DNA of 63,868 nucleotides, filler included, from Perkinsus olseni (Eukaryota): NCBI GenBank assembly GCA_013115125.1. It is 6 parts of 6 records of this genome, joined end to end, with 100 filler letters (N's around TTAATTAATTAA, not from the genome) between each part and the next. Parts side by side here need not be neighbours in the genome. Positions count along the whole stretch, not along the records: positions 46,237 to 57,544 come from JABANN010000833.1; 5 more parts are not named here. One strand, 5' to 3'. Shown piece by piece: positions 46,237 to 57,644 of this stretch (position 1 is its first letter; each line of letters starts with the position of its first letter). The notes under the pieces were generated by a model. It saw only the letters and a program-made list of their open reading frames with translations, ran no database searches and was not told where the DNA came from. The position numbers and the translations under genes were made by a program.

Positions 46237-49200
46237 GATCTATGAAAGATATCAATTAAGGGACACATCCGCGCACAATTAAGGAAATAAACACAGTGGA
46301 TCACCACAATAGACATACCGAACGGTTGATCCCGATGCAAGAGCTCTCGGGCAGCCAAGAAGCGTACCCAGGATCGATGCAGCATCGACTTCCCTCCACA
46401 GACAGGGCACTGCAGGAGAGAGTTCTCGAAGGAAACGCTGATACTGGTCACAGCCGCGGCGCCGACGCAGTCCCTGGGGCAACCAATGATGCAGCCCCTG
46501 AGTAGAAACAAGTTGACCTCACCTGTGGAACTCGTGACCACAGTCCATCCAGACTAGAGCGTCTCCTGAGTCGCCGCTGAAGATCTCATCTTGGCACATG
46601 TCCTGAGAGCAACACTTGAAGCCGTTGAAGATGCATCGCTTCCTACACATCTCCTCGCCCCCTCCTCGTCTTTGGTATCGGCCAAGTACTTGTGGTTGGC
46701 AGCCTGAGCAGAAGCCACTGCGCCATGGCCGACCACAGATGGCAACCCACCAGTCTGAGCTTCACGATTAATGACAACACCTCCACCATGTGCTCCCCCA
46801 TTTCGTTCCTCCTCAGATAGCCGCGGATCCTAGCCTGGTAGAGCTCGAAGAGGTTATCGTAGACCTCTCGATCTTTAGGCTTCATCGGAAGTGTATGCAC
46901 TGCACTCGTTAATTCAGGTAGACGGACTTCGACTTGCTTCTCCGCCTTAGTGCGCCGCAGCATCAGTCGCTTCAGCACTCTCGATCTGAGGAGCCTCAGA
47001 CCCTCCGCTCCCTCGAAGACATCGAAGCCGTAACTGAGACAACAAAGCCTCTGATTAGCTCGCTGACCGGGCTGGCCCAGTTCACCTTTTTATAGGGTTC
47101 GCGATGAATCTGGTGAAATAAATATAGTGACTGATTCTGGGATGCCCGCAGGCCTTGCAGTTCTCAATTGGGTGGTCCAGCAGCACACAATCGCAGCCCT
47201 CCCAGTCGCACATCCGAGCACCCTCAGGTAGGACGCGGAGGAACCTAAAGCGACCGCCGGGGTGAGAGCCATTGCCTGGGCCTCTGAGTTCCTCACCTTA
47301 TCAGCGAGAAGAGGTCCCCCACCTTATTCTGGAGAGGGGTGCCAGACAGACACCACCTGAACCTCGACCGCAAGGCACACCTAATCAGAATATCATTATT
47401 CAAAAAACGAGGAGTCGATATGATCCTCACGCGGCCTTGGCGGTCGAGGACCGGCAGCTTTGATCTTATGTGCTTCATCCAGCACGATCCTCTCCCAGCG
47501 AAGACCGTGGAGGAAGCCCGCTCGGCGCAAAAGGTCTTCCAAATCGGACCTATCGGTCCCTGAGGAAGACATCTATCCGAGAGCTCCGAGAGAAGCCTGC
47601 CTGAGCTCACCGGTCTCGTCGCTGCTGTCCTCGATGCATGCCTGCCCACGCTGACGCCTCCGCGATCGGACCCTTCGCCTCGCTCTCTCCGCTGCTGCCT
47701 CTGCACGGCGCGCCCCTGCTCCTCTCTGCTCAGCTGGGCGAGAGATGCTCACGGTCGCCTTGCTCCAATCCGGCCCTGCTCTATCACTAGTGGTCCCGAA
47801 CGCAGAGAGCCGCGGCACAGCCCCGCACTGCGGTGATGGGCGCATAGCACCAGACTGGTACAACGACGGAATATCGCGGGCGTTGGCATCGACGTTCTCC
47901 TTGCCACTCTCCATCTCCTCGGCCTTGATGCGCTTCCCGAAGCCCAACAGAGGGCTCTCCTCGTGCTCGCTGCGCCTCCCCGGCAGCCCCCCTCTCTTCA
48001 CCGGCGGACTGTACATCATCCTCTTGGCGCCACTCGCCCTCCCACTCAACATACCCGATCCCGCATCCCCATCGGCCCGCGGCATAGCGCTGAAGAAGAG
48101 ATCCTTCTGAGTGATGGGCTCAGCTTTCGCCTGCCACCCTCCGAGACGGGTGTCCCAGGAGCTCTCATTCTCCACTTTAGTGTAGCCCAGGTTGGTGCAG
48201 TCCCTGAGAGGGCTGTTGGGCTTCGGCTGGGCGATCATTGGCTCTCCCTCCTCCTTCACAGCGATAGCCGGGCCCCACTTGTTACTCATCCGACCGTCCC
48301 CATGGCCGTGGTCTCCCGTCCGCCAGATCGAAGGCGCTCGACTCTCTCCAAATGACGACTGCTCTCCGGTCACGGAAGGCCTCGTGAGACTGTCCCTACT
48401 CTCATAACGCGCCTCTTTCGATCCGAGTCGCCAAGTCGGGCCGCTGTCATGGCTGTTGAGAGGTCCAGCGGTAGTTGTGGTAGTTGGACGTGGAGGGAGG
48501 TGGAGAGAGAGGCGGTTTCGCATCGGCCCTCCAGCTGTAGAACCCACGCTGGGCCTCATGGCTGAGCTGGTGGTGCTGCCCAGGGAAGGCCGGGTATAGG
48601 GGGAAGTCCTCGTAATAGCGCTGGGATGAGAGCCTCCGCTAGCCCTAGCATCTCTGCCGTGCTCGATTTTTGCCCGCAAGCTCCTCAGGGTCTCAAACCA
48701 GTCCTTGCTCCCTCCCTGGCCGCTCCCTGTGTCCTCCTTTTTGACCCGAGGCTGCTCTCGACCCTTCCAAGCCGGTGGGCCGGTGAAGAACTCCTGTATG
48801 CTTTTGCCAGTGCCCTGATGATTATGTTGATGATAATGGCTGGGAGCACCACAAGTCTGTGGAAGGGCCCTATCCTCCCTCAGACCTCCTCCTTCTGGTA
48901 GTGGGCGATCCTCTCCGCCAAAGAGGTTCCTCTGCAACGAGTGGCCCGACGAACTCGCAACGCTGGGACGATGACGAGTCCAAGACGACGAGGAAGACGA
49001 AGAAGAAGAGGATGAGGTAGCGCTCGGCTGGTGCGCTGATCCACCGTAATTCGCTCGGCCACTGGCGTCGTACGTCCAAGTGGTGCGAGGCCTCTTCGGG
49101 CACTTCTCCGTGTGCGAGTATAACAGCTCGGGCAGCCACTTTCGCTTGCAATAAGGGCACTGCATTTTCAGCCGATCCAGCTCCTTCCGATACTCCGCTT

Positions 49201-49833
49201 CCAAGGTCCGGTACGTCGTCAATACAATATCGTAATTCCTCAGTTCCTTCGCACTGATCTTGGATTTCCCGTGATACAGGAAGATTTTCACAGTGCCGGG
49301 CTTGAGGTATTTCATCGTCTCCGCCTCCCACTGGAGCATAGCGGTCGTGGTGCAGACGATAAGAGTCGGGTTTTTCTCTCGTTGGAGCTTCTTCGTGATC
49401 AACGACACTGTCTGGATGGTCTTTCCCATGCCCATCTCGTCAGCCAAGATACCCCCGTTACAGTTCTCCTTAGCTTCCTGCTCGCACATCCAAGCAAGGC
49501 CTTCACGTTGGTATGGGAGCAGCGGCATGGCCAACTACAAACAACAACGCCATGAGCCTTCGCAGGACTAAAGACGACGAACCACCCAGTGTCGCTGAAG
49601 CCACACTCATTCGAACATGGAAGATCACTGATCTTCCATCTTTGAACTACCTTAGACCAGGAACGAACCCCACCACTTACCTGCGCCGGAGGAGGGTACT
49701 TGAGGACCAGCTCGGGAGGTATCTCCTGGACCATCGTGCCGAGCTCCCGCTTCACCCTGGCCTCCTCGTCCGTCGGAGCTCCTCCTGGATTGGGGTTCAT
49801 GTTTTCATCTTTGATGAAGGTTTTAGGGTACAT
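46237..49833 (-). CDS. RAD16/RAD5-like SNF2 ATPase with RING, paralogue A; 3' end cut by the contig edge
   Basis: LLPYQREGLAW, GGILADEMGMGKTIQ, YDIVLTTY, a CPYC..H..C knuckle and a long insert. Then WERIVLDEAH, RWCLSGTPLQNKVGDLFSLIR, LMLRRTK and RING remnants near 46400-46600. Confidence 0.88.
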
Positions 49834-50994
49834 TACTTGATAAAGTTGGGGTTCCCAGAATCAACTCTGCCAATTACGCTAAGACAACCCATCCCGAAAC
49901 TCAACCCCATTCCTCATTAAGAAAAGCGAAGGCCGTGGCGACTGCGGTCGCAACCATGCCAGCGTGAGGCGTCGAAAGAAAGGCAGAATACACGAGTACT
50001 GTACGGCGTTGTGATAGTCTCAGAGCTGAAAGAGGAATCTTATGTCCTCCAGCGAGAGACCCTCCAAGCTGCCATCACCGTCTATTATACCACGACACAC
50101 TGCCCGTTTCTTCTCCTACGCTCAAGAACGATCGTCCAGCGTTGCTGCAGCAGTGAATTTACCTGTAACGCCACAATCCTTTCCTCTATGGTATCCTTGG
50201 TGACCATCTTCACGACTTGAACCCGCTTGATCTGTCCTAAGCGATGAGCCCGCTGGGTGGCCTGCTGTTCGACTGCCGGGTTCCACCAAGGATCTGATAG
50301 AGGAATCATTGGCCATCAGTGAATCACACCTTCGCCTGGGGGGATTCCGTCGTGCCGTCATTACCATCTCCCACGACAGACTATCGATTCTCAATCCGCT
50401 AATTGGTCTACTCTCATTGAGAATAGACTAATTAGCGGATTGAAAATTTCTCAAGTGAGTACGCGACTGAACACGGCCCCTAAAGCCTCAACATTGTGTA
50501 GAAAGCCAGAAGGGGCTCACCCAAGAGGAAGATATGATTCGCTGCTTGGAGGTTGAGGCCCTCCCCTCCGGACATGAGGGATATCAGCAACAACGGACAG
50601 GTATCAGCGGGGGACTGACGAACGGAGAATGAACGTGGATTATGCATCCACATCTCACCTCGATGAAAGTCTTCATAACCTTGGAGCGTAGAGGCAGTGA
50701 GAGCTCGCCGTGGAGGATCTGAAGGGACATTCAAGCAGAGACCTCACGGCACGGTCAGACTGACGAGTGTGGTGATGCCGGCTTTGTGGAGGCGGTACTG
50801 GCACAGCTCCAGTAGGGATACAAAGCAGGAGAAGACGAGCCTGAAACGTCACACCTACAGTGTGGTGGGGGAAAGAGTGAATTGATGAGAGCAGATCTGA
50901 AAACAGATCTCCGAGAACGGCTCCTTTTCTCTCTTGCGACCATTCTCGATGTGTGGTAACAGATGCATCGCGGTAGCCAACATTCAACAGTCTG

Positions 50995-51190
50995 GCGACA
51001 CGTCAAGTATATCACAGTCATCATTCCTCAGTGGTGCCACGTCTAGTATATCACAGTCACCATCCCTCAGTGGTGCCACGTCTAGTATATCACAGTCGCC
51101 ATCCCTCAGTGTGGTGACACGTCTAGTATATCACAGTCGTCATCCCTCAGTGCACGTCTACGCGTCGTGTAGTATATCAGAGTCACCATG
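50995..51190. repeat. Intronic ~39-bp minisatellite, about 4-5 copies
   Basis: Repeats of gccacgtctagtatatcacagtcRccatccctcagtggt. Confidence 0.9.
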
Positions 51191-51708
51191 AACATTCCAC
51201 ATTTCGTTCTCACGAGTATGGAAGAATGAGAAATTGCAGCCCATGATCTATCATCACTCAGTCGTGCTAAATCTGGTAACCCCTGTGACTATGCAAACAC
51301 CCAGAGTTGAGCATTGCCTACCCCTTCGCCTCTCCATCGGCCTTCCTCATAGCCTGCACCTCCGCGACCAACCCTTCGATCTTCGATGAGCTCTCGAAGC
51401 TGGATATCGGTACTCTCTTCAAGATGGTAGCCTTGCGTGGCACTCTCGGGTCATTCTGCAGTTGCCGAAGGGCGACAGTCTCCATGATGCTGTCATCAGA
51501 CTCATCCTCCTCATCGCCACATAGGGGCTACGAAAAGGGCATTTCAGAAAAACAATCCGATGGGCGATCTAGCATGCTCACATTGCCATACCAGACCTCC
51601 AGCTGTTTTCGACAAACCGGGCAGTACTGGTTTTGGAGACGGAGCCACGACTGCACGCAGGAACTAAAATGAGAGTGGTGGTAAAACCGAGTGAACGATG
51701 CTCGAGGC

Positions 51709-51730
51709 GCTATGACTCATAGCCTATGAG
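51709..51730. mobile_element. Exact hAT-type excision footprint in an intron, T=GCTATGAG
   Basis: gctatga-ctcatagc-ctatgag. Confidence 0.8.
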
Positions 51731-53651
51731 ACTCTATCGAAACGTGCTGAGAGGAATCACAAACGGCCGGCGCGTGCCGTACTTATGGAAGAGATGATCA
51801 CACTTAGCCTTGGCGAGTGCCTGGCCGGCACATCCAGTTCGCGGAGGGATCTCCTGGTGGCAGATGCCCTGACGAGAAAACAAGGTGCGACTGGATGAGC
51901 ATAGCAGCTGAAGAGCCCCCAAGGAAAGCCAGGATGACGTACACAGTTAATTTCCTTCTGTGCTCTATGTTCTATCAGGTACTTATGGTTGGCCGCCTGA
52001 AGGGAAAGACCTAATGCACCGCGTACGGCCAACTGGAGTATCATCGGCCCACTTGGCGAAGACGCAGGATCATCTTCAGGGCCTCCACCACACGCTCAGC
52101 CAGCTCGCCTTTCTTCGCGTACTTCACAACTTGGGCGCGATACTTCTCATACTTCGCTTGATAGTACGCGGCCTCCGCAGCCGACAACACTGAGCTGGCC
52201 GGCCTCTCCTCCATAGGGGGCAACTTCACATCGCTCTGCCGCTGGGCTTTGGTTCGTCTCAGAAGGAACTTCCCCAGCAGCTGAGACCGTAACATCCGCA
52301 TCCCCTCAGCTCCCTCGAGGGATGTCAGGCCGGACCTGCAGAATACCAATAACCTGCTACCCATCAGGTCAGCGAGTTTACGTACTTCTGGATGGGCCGG
52401 GCGATGAAGCGGTTAAAGTAGTTGTAGTGAGCGTGCTTAGAGTGTCCACACTCATGGCACTCGTCGTCCCAGGGATGATCCAACACTTCACAGCGACAGC
52501 CTGCGGTGTCGCACCCAGTCGTGGACAGCGGCCTTATCCGCAGAAACCTGTGCAAACCGACTGTGGGTGACGGTGGGCTGAGGACTTCCTACCGGGCCAA
52601 GGAAAATAGATCGCCAACCCGATTCTGGATCGGGGTGCCGGTCAGGCACCATCGGTAACGGCATCGCAGGGCGGAGCTGAAAACGACACGGATGGGCTGG
52701 GGCAAGCCAGACAGTCAACAGCAGCTGCCCCAATTCTCATGAGCTTCCACGCCCCTGCACTCACGCTGCTCGGGCGGTATTGGTCGTCTTGTTCCGAATG
52801 CGATGGGCCTCATCGAGGCAGACCCTGCCCCAGACGATAGAATGGAGAAGCATGTTAGACCGTAGCCTCTCATCGAGAGGTTCACGTTCACATCCTAAAG
52901 CGGAGCAGTTCGCGAGGGAATTATCGCAAGAGTGACCCACCAATATCGTCTTCAACGTTGAAGGTCTCAGGCGGCTGCCGCCATTGCCCGCCTGCACCAG
53001 GACTGGATCGCGCGGCCGACGCCTCTTTGCGACGCTTGACGGAACTACGGCCAGCCGGACTCTTTCGCTTCACCCTCCCCGAGCTCGTGCTGGGGTCAAC
53101 CCTCACCCTGACTTCCTTATCAGGCGTCTTGAGCTCGACCGACGGGCTGCTGCTCTCGGTCGCCCCGCGACACTCATCCCGCTCAAAGGCAGAAGTGGAT
53201 GCTTGCCCCTCGCAGATGCTATCGAGTTTGACCGGATTCCCACCAACCGGATCCGTTTTCGCGCATGCTCCGGGGCCTGATGGAATCCCACCCCCTACAA
53301 TCTCAGCCTCGACTACATCCTCAGTGAGATCAATTACATCCATACTCTGGTAGGGGGTGAACGCGGCCACCAGTGACACAGCGCCTTCCTCCTTGCACGA
53401 CTGAGTGCCATCGGAGGAGATCGATATGACTTCGCAGTCTTCCGACGGCCCTCCCATCCGAGGACCAGTCGCTCCCCTCCCCTCCTGCTTGCATTGAGGT
53501 TCCAGACGTTCCCCTTCCGACTTCAAATCCTCCTTCAACGGCTCGCTTTTGGTTGCGCAACCGGATGCCATATCCACATGACTTTCGCTGTAACGACCGA
53601 AGGGGTACCTCAACGACAAGCCTGCTCGGCCCCCAGAAGGCTCGCCCTTCA

Positions 53652-53673
53652 CTGCTGTCACAGCAGTGCTGTG
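53652..53673. mobile_element. Exact hAT-type excision footprint in a coding exon, T=CTGCTGTG
   Basis: ctgctgt-cacagcag-tgctgtg. Collapsing it to one T fuses ORFs 53658-54854 and 52921-53661 in frame. Confidence 0.88.
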
Positions 53674-55413
53674 CTTTCGCCCTTCACCACCGGGCTCTCG
53701 CCCTTCACCTCCGAGCTCTCCTTCTTAAGGCAGCTGCCGATCTCAACATTATCACCACGAGCCCAGCCGTATTGGCTGCTGATACTCGACATAGCCCCAT
53801 GGATGACAGCCTGCCCCTTTTCCTCTTTCCAACTGAAATCCTCATCAGTGCGTCCCCGACACCCCGTGCGAGGCGCCCCGCTAGCAGTGCCATGGTCCCT
53901 CTCCGTACTACTCCCGGACGCGACCTGGTCGTATGCGTTAATGAATACCCAACCTCTCTTCAATTCCGGTAGCGGCGTGCCGCCCGAACTCTCAGAGCGC
54001 GTTCGGCGGACAGGGCTCTCACCGAAGAGCAGGTCATGAAAGGATGACATTAACGAAGCGCTCGGCCTGCCGATGGCCGACCACTGAGGCTGGCATGGCC
54101 TAGGAGACTCGTTACCCTCAGTTCCGACTCCGAAGATCCCCAACAACTCAGCCTCGCCAATTCTATAGTCCCGTGGATCCCCTCCTCTGCCCGTCCGCCG
54201 GTCACCATCTTCACCACCGCTACAACCCTCCTTGTGAGAGCCGAGCTGCTCAGGCAAGAAGAGCTTAGCGCAAAACTCACAGCGCTCCTTCAGCTCATTC
54301 AACTCAGCCCGATACTCAGACTCGAGGGTCTGGTAAGTGGTGACCACGATATCATATTCCAGCAGTCTCGGCGCCGTAATTTTGTGCTTCCCATGATACA
54401 AGTAAACTTTGAGGACACCAGGACCAAAGTATTTAAATATTTCCGCTTCCCATTGGCGCACTGCGCCAGCAGGGGCGACTATCAGGGTAGGGCCGGGCGT
54501 GTCAGCCCGACGGACGCAGACCAATGATGAAAACTGGATGCTCTTACCCATGCCCATCTCATCACCGAGAATGCCGCCCCGGCGGCCTTGAAGAGACTCC
54601 TGATTGCAGAGCCAAGCTACGCCTTCACGCTGGTAGGGGAGGAGTTTAACACGTAACTGAGTCAAAAAGGGATCGCGATAGGGGAAGGGTGGTACAGTTC
54701 CACTGGTACTTACCTCGGGCGGTGGTGGGAATCGTTCTAGGAGGGCGAGCGGTACTGAGCTGAAGGCCTCATTAACCTCCTTCTTCACAGCCCCGTCTTT
54801 GGTAGCAGAACTGGCGGGAGCGCACGGCTCCTCTTTGAGCGACGATGGCGTCATGAGTCAACTTAACTATGAGACGTAACAATGACGAATGACGTAACAG
54901 CCCTCATCCACAATACCGATGTATCCGGCTGCGTTTAACGAGACACAACAATTCCCTTCCAACCCAGAAGTACTATAAGGCCCAACGTACAAGTTCCGAC
55001 GAGGGTGAATCAAGGCCAACATCAAGAATCGCTGACACTCAACTCCGAGCTCAACGGCTGATTAGAAGCGTGACCTGCCAGCACGTCCACCCATCCCCAA
55101 CATTCATTATCGTGTGCCACTCAACACGAGGCACAGGTCTTTTCAGGACAGCAGTTACGACGCCTGGCCATGCGAGCACCAAGCAAGCAGAGACACTCAC
55201 GGAGAACCCCAGTCAAACATCCCCGACTCCCCAGTGAAAGAGACGCAGCAGAAAAAAGGTCGCGGTGGAAAACTCGACGCTTTCAGGATTCATCAATTCA
55301 GAAACACTGAAGTTGGGCGAAACGGCCCATGCCCGCGTCCCCGACCCATCGAGCATGCTAGTGAAATACGCCGTCCCCTACTAGGTAATGTACGATGTGG
55401 GCAGCCCAGAGAG

Positions 55414-57415
55414 TCAAAGTTTGAATAAAAACTTCAAGTCCTGCAGACTGAGCTGCTGCAGGTGGTAACTAGCATTCTCATCACCGCCGACGGTGGTGTC
55501 CGCGGCGAGCTGCTTTTTACGCTGAATCAAAATACAGAGATATTATATAGGAACTGGCGAAGATCTTCACGGCCGAGACACACGCCGATCACTCAGTCTA
55601 GGAAGTCTCACGCGCGACTAGAGCAGAGAGCATGCAGTATGAGCCCGCTGTTGTGTGATGTGTCACGAGATTCTCCTTTCCAGTGGTGCCAGGCGTGGGA
55701 TCTCGTGAACCGCTCGCTACAATTTTAATCTGGTCCTCATCCGGCTACTATTAACACAGGTATATCCCATACAGGACCCCGAATGTTCACGAACGTGTCT
55801 CGAACGCTCAGAGGGGAAAATCGGCATTCTGATGCGATGTATCGGAGGCCTAGTTCTATTTTTTCGCGGTATGAGCGAGATTGCATCTCATGCCAGCAAC
55901 AGCGACCGCAGTCGCTGCCGCACACAGGAGCGCAGCGCAGTCGCTGACGAGATAATATCAGCATGCGACGGTGAGTGAATAATACGTGAGGTAGAAAAGT
56001 ACGAGAACTCATAGACCAAACTAACTGTAACCGCAAAGCACGGTTCTCGTTGCCAACGGCAAAACAAATTCGCACGAGGGCAACGAGTACGCCAAGGACG
56101 AATGAAATCCACGTAAGAACACCGACATGTGCCACTAAGCCAGCCAAGGAGATTAATGATTAAGATACTATCTACCTGTAAGGTACGGATCCTCTCCTCG
56201 ATCGAACTGGTGGCTATGAATTTCACCACCTGGACGTCCCGAGTCTGCCCCAGGCGGTGCGCTCGTTGCACCGCCTGGAGCTCGGCGGCAGGGTTCCACC
56301 AGGGATCTGCCATATACAGGAACAGTCCTGAGATGTCCTTTGGAGAAACGGCGGGAGAGAATGCGATTCCTCATTCGGACTGGAGCGAAATATTTAACAT
56401 ACAGACGAGGTCATTACAGAACGTTGGGGCGCGAGAATACAGACGAGGTCACTATGGAACGCTGGGGCGCGACAATACAGACGAGGTCACTATGGAACGC
56501 TGGGGCGCGAGAATACAGGCGAGGTGATTGTGGAACGGCTGGACCGAGGGTGGTCACAGTGATCAGATCACTTGACTTTGGAATCCCTCAAGCGATTCTT
56601 CAACGTTTATACTCGAATGGGATAATATCACAACGCCATCCGAGTATGGCAGCATCGTGAAACCTCGTGATTCCCGTGAGTACGCAGAGGGACGATTATG
56701 GACTATGCGGTACACCGCGAATGCCGTGATGATCAACGTCAACTGGAACGGTGGGTAACATAAAACACCAACCCGAGTGTACATCAGTCGGCCGGGCGCC
56801 GAGTGTGATGCCTACCTATCACGAACACCTTGTTGGCAGCTTGCAAGTTGATACCCTCCCCAGCTGCACGTAACGAGATCAACAGAATGTTGAAGGACGC
56901 GTCTTGAGTTGATAGAGATTGCCGTTATCTCTTCACGAAGTCCGAATCCTCCCTCGCACGCCCCTTACCGACTGAAAGTAGCTCACCATCCGATTGCGGG
57001 TAGCCACGTTGAGACCACCGTGAATTATCTGAACGTGGCAAACTGGAAGCAAGAATGCCCTGGTGAGGAGCTCAGCTCACCCCACAGGACCCCAGGCCGC
57101 GACGATCGATCTCCTTCTGTGTTATCTCCAACAGCGACGTGAACTGGGAGAAGATCAAGCTGAGAGAAGGCCGGTCAGCCAAGGCAGACACATCGGAGAG
57201 GTGCGCTTACAACTTGTTGGTCGGATCCTCTTTCAGCATAGCCTTCACTGTATCCAGCACAGCCTTCACCTTGCTGGACTCCATCACCTCAGTCGATGGT
57301 ATCCTGTCCATAATGGTGTTCTTTCGAACAAGCCTTGGAAATCCGAGGAAGGTGTCCAGACTATCTGCGTTGCTGGGAGGGCCTCCAGCGACGAGACATG
57401 ATCTCGCGACCTGTT
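55414..57415 (-). CDS. RAD16-like ATPase, paralogue C, C-terminal helicase exons only
   Basis: [66 protein letters not shown]...SIEERI and [12 protein letters not shown]. Confidence 0.85.
56399..56535. repeat. Intronic ~39-bp minisatellite, about 3.5 copies
   Basis: Repeats of atacagacgaggtcactatggaacgctggggcgcgaSa. Confidence 0.9.
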
Positions 57416-57544
57416 GAGGAGCAATAACTCACATCAGGTTTACGGGAATTCATATGGGCCTAAGATCACCACTATACCATTCAGAAGTCTATTTGGCGGA
57501 TAAGGCCGTTGCCTATATGGGGGTTGAGGATATCTATACCATTC

Positions 57545-57644
57545 NNNNNNNNNNNNNNNNNNNNNNNNNNNNNNNNNNNNNNNNNNNNTTAATTAATTAA
57601 NNNNNNNNNNNNNNNNNNNNNNNNNNNNNNNNNNNNNNNNNNNN
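57545..57644. other. Artificial contig linker
   Basis: N44-TTAATTAATTAA-N44. Confidence 0.98.

Larger units (their letters stand above)
50020..54854 (-). pseudogene. RAD16-like SNF2-RING ATPase, paralogue B, full length but frameshifted at ~53660
   Basis: GGILGDEMGMGKSIQ, VCLDEAHRI, FLLRRTK, RING (CAICHQE...KCDHLFH...CPVC), SSKIEGL, LLISLMSGGEGLNLQAANHIFL and [21 protein letters not shown]; stop at 50020-50022. A +14-nt scar breaks the frame inside the large exon. Confidence 0.8.

Noticed and set aside
1-57544. Spliced-leader gene or relic (CCGTAGCCAT-type)
   Set aside because: Only 6-8 nt partial matches were seen.
57470-57544. CACTATA start as a CACTA element end; CCTTATCCGCCAA shared with ~23018
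   Set aside because: Probably a repeat that broke the assembly, but only ~75 bp is visible and there is no partner end.
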